This document shows positions 59,936 to 64,000 of a stretch of 64,000 nucleotides of DNA, one piece after another. Every line of letters begins with the position of its first letter. The first letter of the stretch is position 1. Location of the stretch: contig JAFRCK010000023.1 of assembly GCA_017404385.1 (NCBI GenBank), positions 49,917 through 113,916 of the forward strand, given 5' to 3'. Both the position numbers and the translations under genes were made by a program. The stretch is from Bacilli bacterium. GTDB lineage: Bacteria > Bacillota_I > Bacilli_A > RF39 > UBA660. Below the pieces are notes generated by a model that did no database searches, was not told where the DNA came from, and worked only from the letters and a program-made list of their open reading frames with translations.

Positions 59936-61033
59936 ATGAGAGTGAAAAAAAAGTTAAAAATAGGAAGCTTATTTAAAGTATTATTATTTTTAATACTTGT
60001 AGGATTAATAGTATTTTTAGTTTACAAAATAGTAACAGGTGATAATACTAAAAAAAATGCTTCAAAAGAAGATAATAAAAAGACTGAAGAAAAAAAGGAT
60101 TTTAAAACAAAGGCACCAGAGATTAAACTGTTAGGTAGAGAAGATTATATAATTGTTAAAAATGGTGTATATGAAGAATATGGAGCAACAGCTACTGATG
60201 ATGTTGATGGAGATATATCAAAGAATATTAAAATTGACTCAAAAGTAAAAATTGATACCCCAGGGGAATATAAGGTAACATATACTATTGAAGACTCAGA
60301 AGGACAAAAAGCATCTGTTGATCGAAAAGTAACTATTATTAATGTTACTGATCCAGATACTGATGGTATACCTGTTTTAATGTATCATTATTTTTATGAT
60401 GATGAAAATGGTGAAACTGGAGAAGATGCTAACTACTTGGCCATTTCTATGTTTAAAAAACAATTAGATTACTTTAAAGAAAATAATTATTACTTTCCAT
60501 CAATGAAAGAATTAAGTTTATATTTAGATGGTAAAATTGAATTACCTTCAAAAAGTGTAATTATTACTATGGATGATGGAGCTGAATCAAACTATAGATT
60601 AGCTTATCCTTTAGCTGTTCAATATAAAATACCAATGGTTATGTTCGTTGTAACAAGTTGGACAGATATTTCACAACCATTACAACAAGAAATGAAAAAC
60701 ACAGGTTATATAATATTTCAATCACATACTCACGATATGCACCAAGGAGGATGTTCTGGAATGAAACATGGTGCTTTAATACAATGTATTAATTATGAAC
60801 AAGGAGTTGCTGATATGAGCAAATCTAAAGAATTATTAGGTAGTGGAGATTCTATGGCATATCCATGTGGTGATTATAATGATCAAGCTTTAAATATATT
60901 AAAAGAAGCAGGTTTTGAATTAGCGTTTACTGTAGATTTTGGAAAAGCTAAAAGAGGAGATAATAAACTTGCACTACCAAGAGTAAGAGTTAGTGATGGA
61001 AATAGTTTAGATTATTTCATAGGTTGCTTATAA
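59936..61033 (+). CDS. Polysaccharide deacetylase (CE4) with DUF5011-like Ig domain
   Basis: N-terminal anchor, GATATDDVDGD, PVLMYH, TMDDG, QSHTHDMH, AYPCG, LPRVRV. Confidence 0.9.
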   Translation: MRVKKKLKIGSLFKVLLFLILVGLIVFLVYKIVTGDNTKKNASKEDNKKTEEKKDFKTKAPEIKLLGREDYIIVKNGVYEEYGATATDDVDGDISKNIKIDSKVKIDTPGEYKVTYTIEDSEGQKASVDRKVTIINVTDPDTDGIPVLMYHYFYDDENGETGEDANYLAISMFKKQLDYFKENNYYFPSMKELSLYLDGKIELPSKSVIITMDDGAESNYRLAYPLAVQYKIPMVMFVVTSWTDISQPLQQEMKNTGYIIFQSHTHDMHQGGCSGMKHGALIQCINYEQGVADMSKSKELLGSGDSMAYPCGDYNDQALNILKEAGFELAFTVDFGKAKRGDNKLALPRVRVSDGNSLDYFIGCL

Positions 61034-61082
61034 GGAAATATTATATTTCCTTTTTTTGTGCATATAATTTAATGGTGATAAT

Positions 61083-62165
61083 ATGAGTAGAATAGATTAT
61101 AAATTATTGATTTCAATTATATTAATATCTCTATTTGGAATTCTTATGATTTATTCTTCTTCTAATATTTGGGCTGAATATAAATATTCTGATTCTCTAA
61201 GATTTTTAAAACAACAATCTATTTTTTTTGTTATTGGGTTAGTGCTAATGCTATATATTTCTAAAATTGATTATAGTTTTTATTTTAAACACTCTAATAA
61301 AATATTTTTTATATCATTAGCTTTATTAATTCTTGTACTTATACCTGGAGTTGGTCAAATTAGAAATGGTTCTAGAAGTTGGTTTGGTATAGGAGGTTTC
61401 GGTATTCAACCAAGTGAATTTATGAAACTATCTTTAATAATTTTTGTTAGTAAATATCTTTGTAAAAATGAAAAAGAAATTAAAAGTATTAAAAAAGGGG
61501 TTTTACCAGTATTAGGTTTATCAATAATATCTTTCTTTTTAATTATGTTAGAACCTGATTTAGGTACAGGTGTAATTCTACTTATAAGTATAATCGGTTT
61601 ATTATTTATTTCGGGTGTACCTATTTCTTTTTTTGTAAAGATAGGTATTATGGGTTTAATAGGTTTGAGTGGCTTAATTATTGCAGCCCCATATAGAATT
61701 CAAAGAATAACATCCTTTCTAAATCCATGGTCTGACCCATTAGGAACTGGATTTCAATCTATTCAATCTATGTACGCGATAGGACCAGGGGGATTATTTG
61801 GTATGGGTTTATTTAATAGTATTCAAAAACATTTTTATTTACCTGAACCTCAAACAGATTTTATTTTTTCTATTATTTCAGAAGAATTTGGAATAGTTGG
61901 CATAATAATTGTTTCATCACTTTTTATTTTTATTATATACAGATGTATAAATATATCATTAAATGCTAATCATTTGTTTTCAAAATATTTATCTTTTGGT
62001 ATAACTTTTCAATTGACATTTCAAATACTTCTAAATTTAGGAGTAGTAAGTGGGCTATTACCGGTTACTGGTGTTACATTGCCTTTTTTAAGCTATGGGG
62101 GATCAAGCTTAATAATAACAATGATTTCAATGGGAATAATATTAAATGTTTCAAGAAATAAATAA
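61083..62165 (+). CDS. spoVE: SEDS protein SpoVE/FtsW
   Basis: IQPSEFMK, EPDLG, FLNPWSDPLGTGFQ, YLPEPQTDFIF, LPFLSYGGSS; CATA-type promoter shared with spoVD. Confidence 0.85.
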   Translation: MSRIDYKLLISIILISLFGILMIYSSSNIWAEYKYSDSLRFLKQQSIFFVIGLVLMLYISKIDYSFYFKHSNKIFFISLALLILVLIPGVGQIRNGSRSWFGIGGFGIQPSEFMKLSLIIFVSKYLCKNEKEIKSIKKGVLPVLGLSIISFFLIMLEPDLGTGVILLISIIGLLFISGVPISFFVKIGIMGLIGLSGLIIAAPYRIQRITSFLNPWSDPLGTGFQSIQSMYAIGPGGLFGMGLFNSIQKHFYLPEPQTDFIFSIISEEFGIVGIIIVSSLFIFIIYRCINISLNANHLFSKYLSFGITFQLTFQILLNLGVVSGLLPVTGVTLPFLSYGGSSLIITMISMGIILNVSRNK

Positions 62166-62272
62166 TATAGGTATATATAAATAAAACTGTAAAGAAATAC
62201 AAAAATGTAATAATTAAAAATTGTTTTCTTTAATAAGTTATGCTATATTATTTTATAGAAAGGGTGTAAAGT

Positions 62273-62653
62273 ATGGCACAAACTAAGAAAACAAAAAATG
62301 AATTAAAAGAAACTGAATTGAAAACATATACTGGTTTCTCATTTATGACTGAGGTAATTTTGGTTTATTTAATTCCAATATTAGGCTTTATATTTTCTTT
62401 TATGGATATAAAAAAGTATTCTGAAAGAGTTAAATTTTTATATAATCAATCAGGAGCTATTTTTCTTATTGAAATTGTATTAATTGGTTTAGAGTTTATT
62501 CCAATAGTTAGATGGTTTTTTTATATGATTCATTTAGTTCTATTTGTAATAGTAATAATAACTATTATCAAGGCTAAAGATGGTGAAGATTATAAAATCC
62601 CTGGTATTTATGATTTAGCTAATTTAATTTGGGGAAAAAAGGAAGAAAAATAG
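62273..62653 (+). CDS. Small membrane protein (DUF4870-like)
   Basis: Three TMs, VKFLYNQS, KAKDGEDYKIP. Confidence 0.65.
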   Translation: MAQTKKTKNELKETELKTYTGFSFMTEVILVYLIPILGFIFSFMDIKKYSERVKFLYNQSGAIFLIEIVLIGLEFIPIVRWFFYMIHLVLFVIVIITIIKAKDGEDYKIPGIYDLANLIWGKKEEK

Positions 62654-62697
62654 TTCTTCTTTTTTTCTCTATATGATATAATTAAGTAGGTGAGATT

Positions 62698-63813
62698 ATG
62701 AAAGTTATTATAGCGGCTGCCGGTACTGGTGGACATATTAATCCTGGTATCGCAATAGCAAATAAAATAAAAAAAGAAAATAAGAATTCAGACATTAGAT
62801 TTATCGCAACTGGTAAGAAATTAGAAGAAGATTTGATTTCTAATGCTGGATATAAATCTTACGCTATAGATGCATATGGTTTTTCTAAATCATTAAAACT
62901 AAGTAATATTAAAAAAACTTTTAAAACTTTAAAGGGATTTGGTCAAGCAAAAAAAATATTAAAGGATTTTAAACCAGATATTGTAATAGGTACTGGTGGA
63001 TACATATGTGGGGCTGTAATTTCATCTGCTAAAAAGTTAGGTATTCCAACGTTATTACATGAAAGTAATGCTTATCCAGGGTTAGCAATTAGAATGTTAT
63101 CTAAAAAGGCAGATACTATTTTAGTTGGGATAGAAGAAGCTAAGGATTGTTTACCAAAGGCTAAAAGAGTTATTTATACTGGAACTCCGACAAAAGTTGA
63201 ACCAATTGAAATGACAAAAACTAAAAAAAATAAACTTTTAAAAGAATTATGTCTTAATGATAAATTACCAATTGTTTTGATTTTTGGTGGTAGTCAAGGT
63301 GCTAAGAAGATTAATGATTGTGTTACCGAACTATTAATCAATAAAATGAATCCAAATTATCAAATAATTTGGGCTACAGGTCAAGGTCAATATGATGAAA
63401 TAAAAAAGACTTTAAGGGATAATAATATTAATATTGATAAAGTAGATAATACTGTTATATTACCATATATTTATAATATGTCAGAAGTAATGAGTATTTC
63501 TGATTTAGTTGTTGCTAGAAGTGGTGCTATGACATTGACTGAATTAGCTTTATTAAGTAAACCAGCAGTATTTATTCCTTTACCAAGTTCTAAAGCAAAT
63601 AGACAAGAAGATAATGCAAGAGTATTTGAAAAAAGAGGGGCAGCTAGTATAATACTTAATAATGAAGTAAATAAAGATAATTTAAATGAAGAAATACAAA
63701 AAATAATTAGTAGTAAATCAAAGTTAAGAGAAATGTCTTTAGCTTCAAAAAAGATGGCAGTTTATAATGTAGAAGATAAGATTTATGATGAAATTAAAAG
63801 ATTGGTGGGTTAA
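62698..63813 (+). CDS. murG: Lipid I N-acetylglucosaminyltransferase MurG
   Basis: GTGGHINP, GTGGY, HESN..PG, GGSQGA, RSGAMT. Confidence 0.97.
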   Translation: MKVIIAAAGTGGHINPGIAIANKIKKENKNSDIRFIATGKKLEEDLISNAGYKSYAIDAYGFSKSLKLSNIKKTFKTLKGFGQAKKILKDFKPDIVIGTGGYICGAVISSAKKLGIPTLLHESNAYPGLAIRMLSKKADTILVGIEEAKDCLPKAKRVIYTGTPTKVEPIEMTKTKKNKLLKELCLNDKLPIVLIFGGSQGAKKINDCVTELLINKMNPNYQIIWATGQGQYDEIKKTLRDNNINIDKVDNTVILPYIYNMSEVMSISDLVVARSGAMTLTELALLSKPAVFIPLPSSKANRQEDNARVFEKRGAASIILNNEVNKDNLNEEIQKIISSKSKLREMSLASKKMAVYNVEDKIYDEIKRLVG

Positions 63814-63814
63814 T

Positions 63815-64000
63815 ATGAAACTAAAGAGTGTACTTCAAGAAATGAACATAGGTGATATTAAAGAAAATGAAGAAATGTCTAAACATACAACTTATAAAGT
63901 TGGTGGTGAATGTTCTTTATTTGTTACACCTAGTTCAATTGATAATTTGATTTGTTTATTAAAAAAATTAAAAGAATTAAATATTAAATATAAAATATTA
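63815..64000 (+). CDS. murB: UDP-N-acetylenolpyruvoylglucosamine reductase (5' part, runs out of the window)
   Basis: Manual translation MKLKSVLQEMNIGDIKENEEMSKHTTYKVGGECSLFVTPSS; follows murG. Confidence 0.9.
   Translation, partial: MKLKSVLQEMNIGDIKENEEMSKHTTYKVGGECSLFVTPSSIDNLICLLKKLKELNIKYKIL

Noticed and set aside
62166-62215. Possible duplicate of the spoVE tail, analogous to the priA case
   Set aside because: The similarity is weak and explainable by AT richness.
1-64000. Alternative genetic code (UGA = Trp) as in mycoplasmas
   Set aside because: TGA ends rsmH and ORF 41375, Trp is encoded by TGG, and conserved genes are uninterrupted under code 11.

Overview
Very AT-rich chromosomal segment of a reduced-genome Bacilli bacterium. 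Its style suggests an uncultured gut lineage such as RF39 (inference). It uses genetic code 11, with TGA as stop, and almost all genes lie on the + strand. Core genes are thrS, rpmB (missed by the ORF track), dnaE, two pyruvate kinase paralogues, cdsA-rseP, fmt, mraZ-rsmH-ftsL-pbp, tmk, three tRNAs, T-box-pheST, polA, xerC, priA, rpsB-tsf, frr, rpsP-khpA, murT-gatD, yebC, and spoVD/mraY/spoVE/murG/murB. These are interleaved with orphan, surface and cell-wall genes that mostly carry their own promoter and terminator. No transposase, prophage or CRISPR array was seen. The most notable observations are: (1) a pilin-like surface protein with matched outbound and return repeat arrays around a Cys-containing tip; (2) a leader-peptide attenuator of five alternating helices upstream of an ABC-F operon; (3) a GatD lacking both catalytic residues; (4) a divergent second pyruvate kinase; (5) an orphan gene bracketed by two alleles of the priA 3' end; (6) a tRNA leader complementary to its own tRNA 3' end; (7) an atypical T-box expression platform; (8) sporulation genes with shared mother-cell-type promoters.
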